From positions 11,053-75,052 of IMG/VR virus record IMGVR_UViG_2936413993_000002: a DNA stretch of 64,000 nt. One strand, given 5' to 3'. The stretch comes from a virus. Taxonomy: Duplodnaviria > Caudoviricetes. This document shows positions 1-10,101 of this stretch, in pieces (within the stretch, counting starts at the first letter, position 1; each line of letters begins with the position of its first letter). A program made the position numbers and the translations under genes. Under the pieces are notes generated by a model, which saw only the letters and a list, made by a program, of their open reading frames with translations, made no database searches and was not told the origin of the DNA.

Positions 1-342
1 ATAGGCACTTATATCAAAATCTTGATTCATGTTGCTGTTAATGGCTACATGAAATGTTCTATATCCTTTAGAAGCAATAGGTATTCCAATCCATGTAGGT
101 TGCCCAGTAGTAAATGCTAAATATCCGAGATAGGGTACAGCAGATGCAGGGTTTGATGGATTTAATACAACACCAGAACTCAAAGATCCTTCGTTTACTC
201 CTTTAGCAAAAATAAAATCAGTTAGATTACCTTTTAAAGATGTTGCGTTATTGGCACCTGCGACCCATCCATAAGTATACTGACTAGATGCAGAAACATT
301 TAAAACCGGATTTGTAATTTCCGTCATTGTAAAATCATTCAT
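1..342 (-). CDS. Partial gene (3' end outside window), probable tail/baseplate-associated protein
   Basis: SD AAGGAGAG, then ATG at 342 overlapping the stop of the upstream gene (ATGA); frame MNDFTMTEITNPVLNVSASSQYTYGWVAG... stays open to the window edge. Confidence 0.7.
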   Translation of the reverse strand, partial: MNDFTMTEITNPVLNVSASSQYTYGWVAGANNATSLKGNLTDFIFAKGVNEGSLSSGVVLNPSNPASAVPYLGYLAFTTGQPTWIGIPIASKGYRTFHVAINSNMNQDFDISAY

Positions 343-2165
343 AATGCAGACTCTCCTTCATTAGTGACTATGCTAGTTACAATGTTATTAACATCTCTAT
401 TAATAACAGTCATTTGAGTTTTACCATTAACCCATTTTTTAAGCATAGACGTGACATATCCATTTGCATTTCTTAGTATTTCAACACTCGATATGTCATT
501 AGTAACAGTTTTAAGAAGACCATTACTATCTCGATTAAAAATGGTCGTCCCTAAAAAATTGCTTTTATCTTCTAAATCTTTAACTCTTCCTGCTAATCCA
601 AGAGGATTTCCGACTCCATCTCCTTTATTGATTACTAATTCTGTAAATGAAAACGAATCAACGAATTCTGTTGTAAATCCTCTAACATCAAGTTGTATAG
701 TAAAATTCATAGTTTTTGCATTTAAGGGAATTTCTTGATTTTCTAGTCGGTAATGACTTTCCTTTTTTTGTAGATAGTGACTTGTCAGTGCATTTCCACT
801 AGAATCATAAAATGCAATTCCTATTTTAACAGGTGATGAAAAATTGCTGTCACGTAAAATTTTAATTCCAATATTTAAATGCTCTCCATCACTAATTGTG
901 TCTCCATTTAAAACTATTCCAAATTTTATTTCACTTAGATGAGTTTTTGTAGTAGATTGAGTGTCAACTTTTAATTCATAGCCTTTTGAAATTTTAGTTA
1001 TCAAACCAACTTTCTCTAAGTCTATAAGATAATCTGTGTCCGAGATAGTTTGTTCAAGAGTCTTACGAAAATATGTATCTGGGTATACATTATCTATCCC
1101 GAGAGTGGTTTTTAATTCTGCAGCAAGTTTATTGGCTGTGATAGTTTTGTTTCCAACTTCTATACCTTGGTAAACCCCTGCGTCTTGCCAAGAAGAATTA
1201 ATCCATAAATAGATATGTCCGTTTTCAAGTACTAAAAAAATCCCATCGGTTCCATTCGGGTAAGCGTTTTGTAAAGAAGAAAGAGTATTAAAAAAACCTT
1301 TTGGTGCTCCTGAAACTACTGCAGCGAGAATAGTTTCAACATCAGACTGATCTGCTTTTTTACGTTCAACAATAGATAACTGGGTTGCAGTTTCATATAA
1401 GTTATTATTAGTTTTATTTAACTCGGCATATATACCTGTAACATCAACTGAATTGTTCACAACTTTTTTGCCTTCAGACCATTTTACGTAAACTTTAACT
1501 CCAGCGGGAAGGGGGGTAAGTAGTTTAATTGTTTTTTCATTTTCTAAGATGAAATTATCAGAAGATTGGGGGACATTCCCAATTGATAAATCAATCAAAC
1601 TTTTTTCGGTAAATTTTCCAGTGTCGATAATAAATGTGTCTTGATTAGCAATAGAAATCCAAGTAAATTCTTTTGGTGATTGAAACGTAGTATCCTTTAA
1701 ATAATTAAAATCATCTAGCTTAACAATTTGATTACGTTCAATAGTAGTTTTAACATCTGTAACTTGTGTATAAATGTCCTCTTGAGTGTCTAATATGTCT
1801 TGTACTGTTACTTCTTCTTCATTAGTAGGACTTGTATTTACAATTATTTTATTAGCCCCAAAATTCACCTGACCTGTTCCGGTATAGCTTATTTCAATTT
1901 CTTCGCCTTCCATAGCAGAGTGGAAGAATACATCTCCAGTCACAAAATCTACCCTAAACTGATTGGAAGAAGAAGGCGTAGTGTCAACCATATTCAATGC
2001 TGTTCCTTCAAGTTTTTTTACAGCTATAGAATGTTTATAGCTAGGTATTTCTTTAAGTGTGACTTTGTTATATTTAACTATTTTAGTCTGAATAAGTTGA
2101 ATATACTGATCAGGATTTCTAGGAAATACATAGTTAGGAGAGACGTTAGGATAAAATAATGACAT
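339..2165 (-). CDS. Tail fibre / baseplate-associated structural protein
   Basis: 608 aa; N-terminal FRVDFVTGDVFF...EIEISYTGTG segment resembles the N-terminus of the 2773-5772 spike; SGAPKG.F.TL.SLQ.AYP.G..GI.LV..NGH.Y.W....W.DAGVYQG motif typical of Bacillus phage tail fibres; SD GGAGG. Confidence 0.7.
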   Translation of the reverse strand: MSLFYPNVSPNYVFPRNPDQYIQLIQTKIVKYNKVTLKEIPSYKHSIAVKKLEGTALNMVDTTPSSSNQFRVDFVTGDVFFHSAMEGEEIEISYTGTGQVNFGANKIIVNTSPTNEEEVTVQDILDTQEDIYTQVTDVKTTIERNQIVKLDDFNYLKDTTFQSPKEFTWISIANQDTFIIDTGKFTEKSLIDLSIGNVPQSSDNFILENEKTIKLLTPLPAGVKVYVKWSEGKKVVNNSVDVTGIYAELNKTNNNLYETATQLSIVERKKADQSDVETILAAVVSGAPKGFFNTLSSLQNAYPNGTDGIFLVLENGHIYLWINSSWQDAGVYQGIEVGNKTITANKLAAELKTTLGIDNVYPDTYFRKTLEQTISDTDYLIDLEKVGLITKISKGYELKVDTQSTTKTHLSEIKFGIVLNGDTISDGEHLNIGIKILRDSNFSSPVKIGIAFYDSSGNALTSHYLQKKESHYRLENQEIPLNAKTMNFTIQLDVRGFTTEFVDSFSFTELVINKGDGVGNPLGLAGRVKDLEDKSNFLGTTIFNRDSNGLLKTVTNDISSVEILRNANGYVTSMLKKWVNGKTQMTVINRDVNNIVTSIVTNEGESAL

Positions 2166-2240
2166 ATGTATTCCTCCTTAAATTATATTTATTTAATAAA
2201 AGACGCATTTTATTTGTAGACAAATGTGTCGCTGTTAATT

Positions 2241-2648
2241 TTATAAGCCAAATGATTGCAAAATTTTAGGAATATCAGAAATAGCTATTTTTACTCCTGA
2301 AACGATTATAATAATGAACATAAATATTCTAAATACCTTACTTGTATTATCAGTTAAGTAAGTCTGATACCACTTTGTATGAGTATTTGTTGTTTCTTTA
2401 AAATCATTTCTCAAATTACCAATTTCTGAATCAACATGTGTTTTTAAGCCGTTGATATCTTCTTTCATTTCAGCATTCTGTCTTTCTTGATTTTTTAAAA
2501 TTTCTGTTTGTTGTATTTGAGTTAGTGTTAGCTGATTTATATTTTTTGTTAACATTGTTTTTGTCTCTTTTACATCAGCTTTCACCTCATCGATATCCTT
2601 TTTCATATGTTCTATTTCAACTTGTATAGCTTCAATAGATTCTGCCAC
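2241..2648 (-). CDS. Holin-like / XhlA-BhlA-like membrane protein (coiled coil plus C-terminal TM helix)
   Basis: 135 aa; heptad-rich N-terminus, hydrophobic VFRIFMFIIIIVSGV helix; located among distal tail genes. Confidence 0.5.
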   Translation of the reverse strand: MAESIEAIQVEIEHMKKDIDEVKADVKETKTMLTKNINQLTLTQIQQTEILKNQERQNAEMKEDINGLKTHVDSEIGNLRNDFKETTNTHTKWYQTYLTDNTSKVFRIFMFIIIIVSGVKIAISDIPKILQSFGL

Positions 2649-2729
2649 AATTGATTCACTCCAAACTATCTATATGTTCTTGTCATATATCGCCTCGGTT
2701 TGATATAATAAAGACAAGCATTCGTGCTT

Positions 2730-2770
2730 AAAGAGACTGTTTAACCTCAACCGTTGACAGTCTCTTTTAT
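2730..2770. terminator. Intrinsic terminator-like hairpin
   Basis: AAGAGACTGT...ACAGTCTCTT inverted repeat immediately after the spike gene stop. Confidence 0.55.
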
Positions 2771-2772
2771 TG

Positions 2773-5772
2773 TTATCTGATAAATACCAATGCAATTCCA
2801 TAGCCAATTGATTCAATATACGGCTTAGTTATTTTCATAACTTTCCATCCTTGACCACGTTCAACTGACATTGTTGCAATTCCATCAGATGGTTTTATGT
2901 AATCGCCTTGCTTAACTGTTTCATCAATTCTTACATATACCTGACCAACTAATCCTACAATGTTCCATTCAGGTCTTTCAGAACGGGGAAGATAGTTGTC
3001 CGATTCCTTATAATTAGGATTCTCTTTAGGCAATAAAGCTACACGATTAGTCGTTGAACCTGTATCTGCATTGACTTCAGTAAGTACAACTTCTTCATAA
3101 ATTAATCCTCCAAAGTCATTTCTTAAGTATTTACCTTGCCAATAGAATGAAGATTCACCTAATACACTTCCTGCAGTTTCAGAAATTACTCCTAGCATAT
3201 CGTCTCCATCTTTAGCAATACGAATAAACCCTTGATCTAAGGTAACAAGAGTTCCACTTGGAATACTGTTGCCATCTATACTTTCAAAATACTCGGCGTA
3301 GTCACTAAAAGAGGAGGAGCCTGTAATAGCGCCTGTGGCTTTAATAGTACCGTTTGCTGCATCTAATTCAATATTTCGATTAGCAGTTGATGGAGTCCAT
3401 CCATGACCCAATACTACTGTATTACTTCTAGGATTTATAACGTTATTAGAAGCCAATACAACTGATTCATAAGCATCCGTATTTGTTATTTTAGATCCAT
3501 TGGAAGCTATAATAGCTCCACGAGTATTCTTCAATTGTGAATCTCCAGATGATGAAATAATCGCATTGTATTCTCCTGTTGTGTCAACGTTAGAAGAAGA
3601 AATAATTGCATTTTTACTACCGCTGGCAATCGAATTAGCCGTACTTGCTGCAATAAATGCCGTATCAGATTTAGCTGCTCCTGATGAACTGGCTACAACT
3701 AATCCATTACGAATACGAGAAGGGGGAGTGGTGTGATCTACCCCTGCGATAGTTGCTTGTTTACTGTATCCAGAAACTGTTAAGCCTAGTAGATTATTTT
3801 GTGAGTTAATAGCAACAACACCAGTTCCACTATTACTAGTTTTATATAATGCTACCTTAGAAATGTCAGCATTTGTAACTTGGCTTCCTAAATAAATACC
3901 GTTTTTCGCAGATTCATAACTTGTCATATTACTCACATTTATATTGTCGGCTTTTTGTGCACCACCAGTTATATATAAATCATTATCCGCATTTTTGAAT
4001 CCACTCACTTTAACGTTATTTACATTTATCAATCCTGATTTATACTGAAAGACAATTACAGAATCACCAGTAGTTAAATTAGAAGATTCACCGATAGCAG
4101 TAAAATTATTAATATTAACATTTCGATATGCAGAAACAACCAATGCACGTGGTCTCAACGAAGCATATAGAGAACCCGTTTTAGGATTAATAGCCGTGCA
4201 ATTATTTAAAGTAACATCAAAAGCATTTGGTGAAATAGGTTCATCATCTGTGTGGTGTCCAATATGACGTAAATCAAATGAACGAATACTGTTGATAGAT
4301 TTACAGTTATCTAGTGTAATATTTCTAGCAGCAGGGGCATATACATGCGCCTTTATTTCAAACCCACGAACTCCACCAATAGCCGTACAATTTGTTACCC
4401 AAATATTTCTTGATCCGTCATCTATTTCAAAGTTATTGCTGTTAGCCGCACCTTCTTCATGTACATTTCCAAGAGGGGCGTAGGAATAGCAATTATTAAA
4501 ATAAATATACTCGCTGAAATGAGTAGTGAAGTTATCATCACCCGCTCCAGTAGCAATACAACTATCAAGCCATATATTTGAGCAACCTTTTGGTTGATAG
4601 TAAGTAGGACTATTTTGTCCACTTGTTCGGTTATACTCCGGAGAAGTAATATCAAAACAATGTAAACCACCGTTCTTAGAAAAAACTCGATTTATCCATG
4701 CAAATTGAGTGTTAGCTAACATTAAACCAGAAGAAGTCGGACCCGCTGGAATTGTGTAACCAGATCCCAATCTTTCTCTATTCCAATCTAATTCCAAGTC
4801 TTCAATACGTATGTGAGAATTGCCGTTATTGACTTTATCGGAGTTAGTAAATAAGTGTTCTCCAACAGGAGCATTTTCAATTAACAAAATATGAGTATTG
4901 TATAAACCATCCCCATAAATATAAGTGAAGGAAGGAATATTTACTTGTCTAGTTCTGTATGTACCGGCAGGAAAATATAATTCTACATTACCATCCCCTA
5001 ATGCTGCCTTAATAGGTTCTGTCCAGTCCCAAAAGTCAGGAGAGGAGGCAGTGTTCTTATTAGGAATTAAATCTTCAAATTCGTAAATTGATAATCTGTG
5101 TTTTATCTTTTTCGATAACATATAGAATGCGTCTAGTTTTACAGATTGTTCATCTATTGTTTTATCTACTGAATCAAAACGATTTTTAATAGACGTATAG
5201 TGTCTACCATCTGCACCTTCAAAAGCTTCTTCAACAGAACCTTGAATTGCTGTAACCATATCTCTAGCTACTTTATATACTTTTCCGTTTCTATCGACCC
5301 TTAAATCAACAACTTCACTGGGTTGAGGATTTCCTACTATTAATTCATCAACACGATTTTTTTGTTCTAAATCTGCACGATCTAAATCTTTGAACTTCAA
5401 TGCCACATTAGTGAACTTTTTATCTCCAGTTAAATAAATTCTAGTATCAGGAGTATAATAAGCACCTTTACCGAAATATTCTACTGTTACACTTTTATCA
5501 TTATTATCTGCAGTAAAAAAGACTACACCTTGAATGTAGTCGACTTGGTAGTAATTATTTTCTAAAGCTTCATTTTCGACTTCATACCATGTTTTATCTG
5601 GGCTTGTGACTATGACTTCTCTAGTATGTTCTGGAACCTCACGTAAAACTGCTCTGCCGTTGACAATCTGAACGGTTTCAACAATGTGTTTGTACGGATC
5701 AGTTGCATCGCCTTTCCTACTTAAAAAGACAATGGGGTCGTTGTAATTAATTATTTCATCATCCCAACTCAC
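2773..5772 (-). CDS. Tail spike / receptor-binding protein: pectin-lyase-like beta-helix with C-terminal peptidase G2 (intramolecular chaperone) domain
   Basis: 999 aa; YFPAGTY and repeated beta-helix rungs (GAGDDNFTTH, NNFEIDDGSRNI); C-terminal S-DYAEYFES...YLPRSERPEWNIVGLVGQV motif like the phi29 gp12 pre-neck appendage autocleavage domain. Confidence 0.85.
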   Translation of the reverse strand: MSWDDEIINYNDPIVFLSRKGDATDPYKHIVETVQIVNGRAVLREVPEHTREVIVTSPDKTWYEVENEALENNYYQVDYIQGVVFFTADNNDKSVTVEYFGKGAYYTPDTRIYLTGDKKFTNVALKFKDLDRADLEQKNRVDELIVGNPQPSEVVDLRVDRNGKVYKVARDMVTAIQGSVEEAFEGADGRHYTSIKNRFDSVDKTIDEQSVKLDAFYMLSKKIKHRLSIYEFEDLIPNKNTASSPDFWDWTEPIKAALGDGNVELYFPAGTYRTRQVNIPSFTYIYGDGLYNTHILLIENAPVGEHLFTNSDKVNNGNSHIRIEDLELDWNRERLGSGYTIPAGPTSSGLMLANTQFAWINRVFSKNGGLHCFDITSPEYNRTSGQNSPTYYQPKGCSNIWLDSCIATGAGDDNFTTHFSEYIYFNNCYSYAPLGNVHEEGAANSNNFEIDDGSRNIWVTNCTAIGGVRGFEIKAHVYAPAARNITLDNCKSINSIRSFDLRHIGHHTDDEPISPNAFDVTLNNCTAINPKTGSLYASLRPRALVVSAYRNVNINNFTAIGESSNLTTGDSVIVFQYKSGLINVNNVKVSGFKNADNDLYITGGAQKADNINVSNMTSYESAKNGIYLGSQVTNADISKVALYKTSNSGTGVVAINSQNNLLGLTVSGYSKQATIAGVDHTTPPSRIRNGLVVASSSGAAKSDTAFIAASTANSIASGSKNAIISSSNVDTTGEYNAIISSSGDSQLKNTRGAIIASNGSKITNTDAYESVVLASNNVINPRSNTVVLGHGWTPSTANRNIELDAANGTIKATGAITGSSSFSDYAEYFESIDGNSIPSGTLVTLDQGFIRIAKDGDDMLGVISETAGSVLGESSFYWQGKYLRNDFGGLIYEEVVLTEVNADTGSTTNRVALLPKENPNYKESDNYLPRSERPEWNIVGLVGQVYVRIDETVKQGDYIKPSDGIATMSVERGQGWKVMKITKPYIESIGYGIALVFIR

Positions 5773-5790
5773 ATATATCGACCTCCTTAT

Positions 5791-8700
5791 TTAAGATTTG
5801 TATGCTTCCCAGTAGTAAATGACATTTAATTTATTTCCATAGCATTCAGTTGAATTGCCAGTGAAGAAACCACCACTATCTAATTTCCCATTCGCAATAG
5901 ATATGGGGGAAATGAGAACACTATTTTGTCCAAATAAAAAACCGCCTTCTGAAGACGGAATGAATAAACTAACATCTGTTGAGTTAGTTGTATATAATTT
6001 AACCAAAGAAGGGGAGAAGGGAAGTGCTATTAATTTACTTTGTGTTCCATCTCCGACATAGCTACCACTAGCAAACCTTGATGCATTGCCTAACTGTGTT
6101 AAAGGAACATTTGCAGTTGAATCTAAGGTTGCTAACCCATTTGAAACTCCAGGTCTACGATTTCCAACGGAATTAGCATTTCCTGTAATGGATGCGTTTA
6201 TCAAGCCTTTTGAATCTCTAACTGGAATAGAATTTGGAACATCATTAATATCAGTTGGATAACCCGAAACAGAATTAGCATTACCTGATGAAAGAGGTTT
6301 ATATCCAGTTTCGGTTAGCACTGATTGTTCTAAAGTTGCAGGGTTTACCCATACAGTCTTGTTTACCTCGGCTTCTTCTGGTTCAACATCTGAAGTAACA
6401 TAAATTGCCCCGTTTACCTTTCCGTAGAGTAATCCATTGACAACCGTTAATTCACTTGGTTGATAAGGATTTTGGTTTACGTCAGAAGGAGTTACTAAGT
6501 CAGAAAAGATAATCCCATCTATGTTAATGTCATCATCAACATGTCTATAGGCTCGAACCCCCAATGTATAAAAACGATTAGGAGGGACGCTTGGGAAAGT
6601 GTATGTTTTAATAGAATAATTAACGGATATTATAGTTTCCTTTGCAATTGTTGATCCGAATACATAGCGTTCTTTGGTTAAATCTGAATACATGTAGACA
6701 ATAAATCCGTCAATGTTATCTGCATCTTTTTTAGTCTTTTCGTAATCATTATAATTCCAGTTTATTGTTAAGTCAGCAGACCCATTATCGTTAATTTTAT
6801 GTGCAATAGTTACGTTGGTTGGACTATTAGGTGTAACTGAAATACGATCATTTCGAGAATTAAAATTTGTAGCAATATTGTTCCAATTGCGCTTCCGTTT
6901 ATTGTAATCAGTATTAACCTTATCAATAGTATAAAGAGCATTTATTAATCTTTCTTCATCGGATTTAGGTCTCTTAGTATTAGTAACGTTAATGCTAATC
7001 GAATAATTATCAAAATCAAATGCTAAAGAATCAACGGTTACTCTGACATCTATTCCTATTTTTTTATGTTTAATTTTAATAATGTCACCAATAGATAAAC
7101 GATTCCAATTATGTTTTTCTTCAAGGACAGCAAAGAAATTTATTATCCCCATTGAAATATTAATAGGAGGGGAACTAATATTTTTTAATTCCGTAATGGC
7201 AGATTCATACAAATCAGCATCATTTATTTGACTGTCATCTGAATATTCGCCCTCGAAAATAAAGTTCCTCAATTCTATTAAAAGGTTATCAGCAATATTG
7301 TTTTCTAATTTTAATAATAAATTTAATTTAGAAAGCTCAACATCAACATTGGTTATTTCAGCCTGTTTAGAAGATAATTGCTTTTTCTGAGATGATATTT
7401 GAGATTCTTTATTATCCCGCTGCTGATTCAATGAGGCAGTTGATTCTCCACCATCTTTTGCTATTTGAATATTGTCTAATATAATCGTTAACTCGTTTTC
7501 TAATGTTCTAAATTTTGCATTTATATCCGCTAATTCCTTTTGTAAATTTGATTTTTTTTCTAGTAATTTACTGAAAGTGCCTGTGTTATTTTCTACTAGT
7601 TTATTATAGTTGATTAATGCAAGGCACAGTTCATCAGACATATAATAGCTGTGATTTGTTATATTGCCTTGAGTATCCATATCAAACGGATAAAGAAAAT
7701 AAGAAAAGTTATCAATATACGATTGTCCAGTTGGATTAACCGAATTAATGGATACATCATTAGCACCACTAACATGCAATCTTGTAACTATATCCTCAAT
7801 TTCATCTGTTTGTTCAATGTTCTGAAGATATTTACCATATTCAACCCAAAAACCTTTATAAATAGAAACTTCTTCTTCCTTACAAATATGTACCTTTTTG
7901 TTAACCGTGTCGTAAATTACATACGCATTAAATTTTTTACATATCTCATTGATAAAATCTAATTTACTACTGCTAGACACATCAAATTGATGGTACTTCA
8001 AATTGAATTCATCGTTTATATATCCAATGCTCCAATTAGTGTCTTTTAAAACATCATTTAACACTTGGAGGCAGTTATAAGATACAGCTTGGTAATTCAA
8101 CATTTTACGATATCTTAATTCATACTCTAGTGAAAAACACTGAACATTAATTAAGTCACTATCTGATGAAGAGGGCTGTTTTTGAGTAATAATATACCAA
8201 GACTCTACACCAGCAAAAAGTAACTTTATTAAAAATCTCTCTCTTAATAAATTCACTGTTTTATTTGAAACTAATTTATTTAATACTTCTATTTCATAAG
8301 GAAGAGAGAAGGATAACTCATTAGGATTTGTAAAATTTAGTGTCAACTTTCTATTGTACGATTCAGATAAATCTGCAATCACATTTCCAGTAGGAGTAGC
8401 TAAGAACAATTGGGGATTAGCTACATTTTCTCCATTTCTAACAATATAAGAACTAATTAAGCTATTAGGGTTAACTAACTCTTTTTCATATGGTATTTCT
8501 ATTGGAGGCTTAATTACTCCATCTGTATCATCATCAGGTTGCTCAACATCGTCACCATTACTACCATCATCATCTGGTTCTTCTGGTAATTCAGGAACAA
8601 TAGGAGGTTCAGGCTCCTCAACTGGCGGTTTTTCAGGCTCTGGCTCTGGTGTTGGAACAGGTGTAGAAACAGAAAACGATGTAAAGTAAGATAGCGGTTT

Positions 8701-9267
8701 AGAACCATATAGTGCATTTAAATCGACATCACCTGATATGCCAGACACTGACCCAGTAGATGTGTATTGCCATAAATCACATGCAATAGAAGGTTTAGTA
8801 CTAGGTTTACCATTGTTCACACCGTATCTTGCAATCCATAAGAAATCTGCTTTAACTCTTGATAATTTATTAGTCTTATAGAAAGAATCACCTGAATATA
8901 ACCCAACCTTTTTAGCACCTTGACTATGTAAATAATCAATAAAAGCTTGAGTCGCTGGAACTAAGTCGCTTGAATTCCTAGTTGTAATTTCTTCAACATC
9001 AATAACATAAGTGGTAGCGTTTTTGTCTGAACGTTTCCAAAAATCTTTAGCTTCTTGAACGGCATCGCTCACAGAAACATATTGAGCATATGCGTAGTGA
9101 CCAAAGGGTATTTTATATTGTTTAGCACCAGCAACATACTCTTTATACTTAGAATCAATTAAATTAGATCCATACTGGACTCGAATGAAAACATAATCCA
9201 ACTCATTTTTTGCTTTAGACCAATTTATCGTTCCTTGCCATTTAGAAATATCGGCTATTTTCCCCAA
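5791..9267 (-). CDS. Tail-associated (Tal/YomG-like) protein with N-terminal GH25 muramidase domain
   Basis: IADISKWQG, YVIDVEE, LWQYTSTG, GDVDLN motifs of GH25; Pro/Glu/Asp linker; then phage tail domain (IVTRLHVSG, NPTGQSYIDNFSYF) and coiled coil; directly downstream of Dit. Confidence 0.85.
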   Translation of the reverse strand: MGKIADISKWQGTINWSKAKNELDYVFIRVQYGSNLIDSKYKEYVAGAKQYKIPFGHYAYAQYVSVSDAVQEAKDFWKRSDKNATTYVIDVEEITTRNSSDLVPATQAFIDYLHSQGAKKVGLYSGDSFYKTNKLSRVKADFLWIARYGVNNGKPSTKPSIACDLWQYTSTGSVSGISGDVDLNALYGSKPLSYFTSFSVSTPVPTPEPEPEKPPVEEPEPPIVPELPEEPDDDGSNGDDVEQPDDDTDGVIKPPIEIPYEKELVNPNSLISSYIVRNGENVANPQLFLATPTGNVIADLSESYNRKLTLNFTNPNELSFSLPYEIEVLNKLVSNKTVNLLRERFLIKLLFAGVESWYIITQKQPSSSDSDLINVQCFSLEYELRYRKMLNYQAVSYNCLQVLNDVLKDTNWSIGYINDEFNLKYHQFDVSSSSKLDFINEICKKFNAYVIYDTVNKKVHICKEEEVSIYKGFWVEYGKYLQNIEQTDEIEDIVTRLHVSGANDVSINSVNPTGQSYIDNFSYFLYPFDMDTQGNITNHSYYMSDELCLALINYNKLVENNTGTFSKLLEKKSNLQKELADINAKFRTLENELTIILDNIQIAKDGGESTASLNQQRDNKESQISSQKKQLSSKQAEITNVDVELSKLNLLLKLENNIADNLLIELRNFIFEGEYSDDSQINDADLYESAITELKNISSPPINISMGIINFFAVLEEKHNWNRLSIGDIIKIKHKKIGIDVRVTVDSLAFDFDNYSISINVTNTKRPKSDEERLINALYTIDKVNTDYNKRKRNWNNIATNFNSRNDRISVTPNSPTNVTIAHKINDNGSADLTINWNYNDYEKTKKDADNIDGFIVYMYSDLTKERYVFGSTIAKETIISVNYSIKTYTFPSVPPNRFYTLGVRAYRHVDDDINIDGIIFSDLVTPSDVNQNPYQPSELTVVNGLLYGKVNGAIYVTSDVEPEEAEVNKTVWVNPATLEQSVLTETGYKPLSSGNANSVSGYPTDINDVPNSIPVRDSKGLINASITGNANSVGNRRPGVSNGLATLDSTANVPLTQLGNASRFASGSYVGDGTQSKLIALPFSPSLVKLYTTNSTDVSLFIPSSEGGFLFGQNSVLISPISIANGKLDSGGFFTGNSTECYGNKLNVIYYWEAYKS

Positions 9268-9280
9268 TTATTTTCACCTC

Positions 9281-10045
9281 CTATGAAACAAATTTAAAGC
9301 GATATTGAAATTTAATTTTACAATTTCCCGATATCTGAATCCGATTCTTCCCTACATAAAGAGGTAAATAAAAATCATTGAAATTATCATACCTATATAT
9401 GTTAGGTAAATTAGTTTCAATGATTTGATTTTCCCCATTTATCATAACTTTTTCATTCTTATTTAATGAGACTATTTTCAGAACATTATTAGCTCTACTT
9501 AAATTCGTAATTTCTACATTTCCGTCATCCAATTTACTTATATAAATTAAAGGATATATCGTTTCATGTCCTAGATTTATTATTTCTAAAGTAGTAGGTG
9601 AATTCTTACATTCATACCATCGAGTAGTAGATTGTCTACCATAGACATATGGAGAGTCACAGCGCATGGTTAGTGTGATATAACCTTGCTTTAAACCATT
9701 ATGAATAAGTTCAGTTGATTCTACAGGCATACAATAATAAACTTTATCTAGATTTTCACTGAAAGATAGAGGCTGGTAATAGTCAACATTCAACCATTTA
9801 ATTACTTCATGTATTTGTTTATCGTCCCACTTATCATCAAAGTAAAAACTTAATTGAAAGGAGAGAGGGGATTTTTCGATATCTATAAAATAAGGCTTAT
9901 CTCGACCACGAATCGACACTTCATTTATTGTTCGATTACTCATTAATGGTTCATTAAATAAACTGTTACTTACAGACACATTCATAATGTTAAATCTAGT
10001 TGAACGCACACCCGCAAATTCAAAATATAAACTTTCCCTAATCAC
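9281..10045 (-). CDS. Distal tail protein (Dit, YomH-like)
   Basis: 254 aa after the tape measure gene; GYITLTMRCDSPY and LPLYVGKNRIQISG motifs typical of siphophage Dit. Confidence 0.8.
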   Translation of the reverse strand: MIRESLYFEFAGVRSTRFNIMNVSVSNSLFNEPLMSNRTINEVSIRGRDKPYFIDIEKSPLSFQLSFYFDDKWDDKQIHEVIKWLNVDYYQPLSFSENLDKVYYCMPVESTELIHNGLKQGYITLTMRCDSPYVYGRQSTTRWYECKNSPTTLEIINLGHETIYPLIYISKLDDGNVEITNLSRANNVLKIVSLNKNEKVMINGENQIIETNLPNIYRYDNFNDFYLPLYVGKNRIQISGNCKIKFQYRFKFVS

Positions 10046-10101
10046 TGTTTTTCACCTCCATATAAAAAGAGCCAACTATTTAAGGCTGACTCAAAGTATG
10101 A

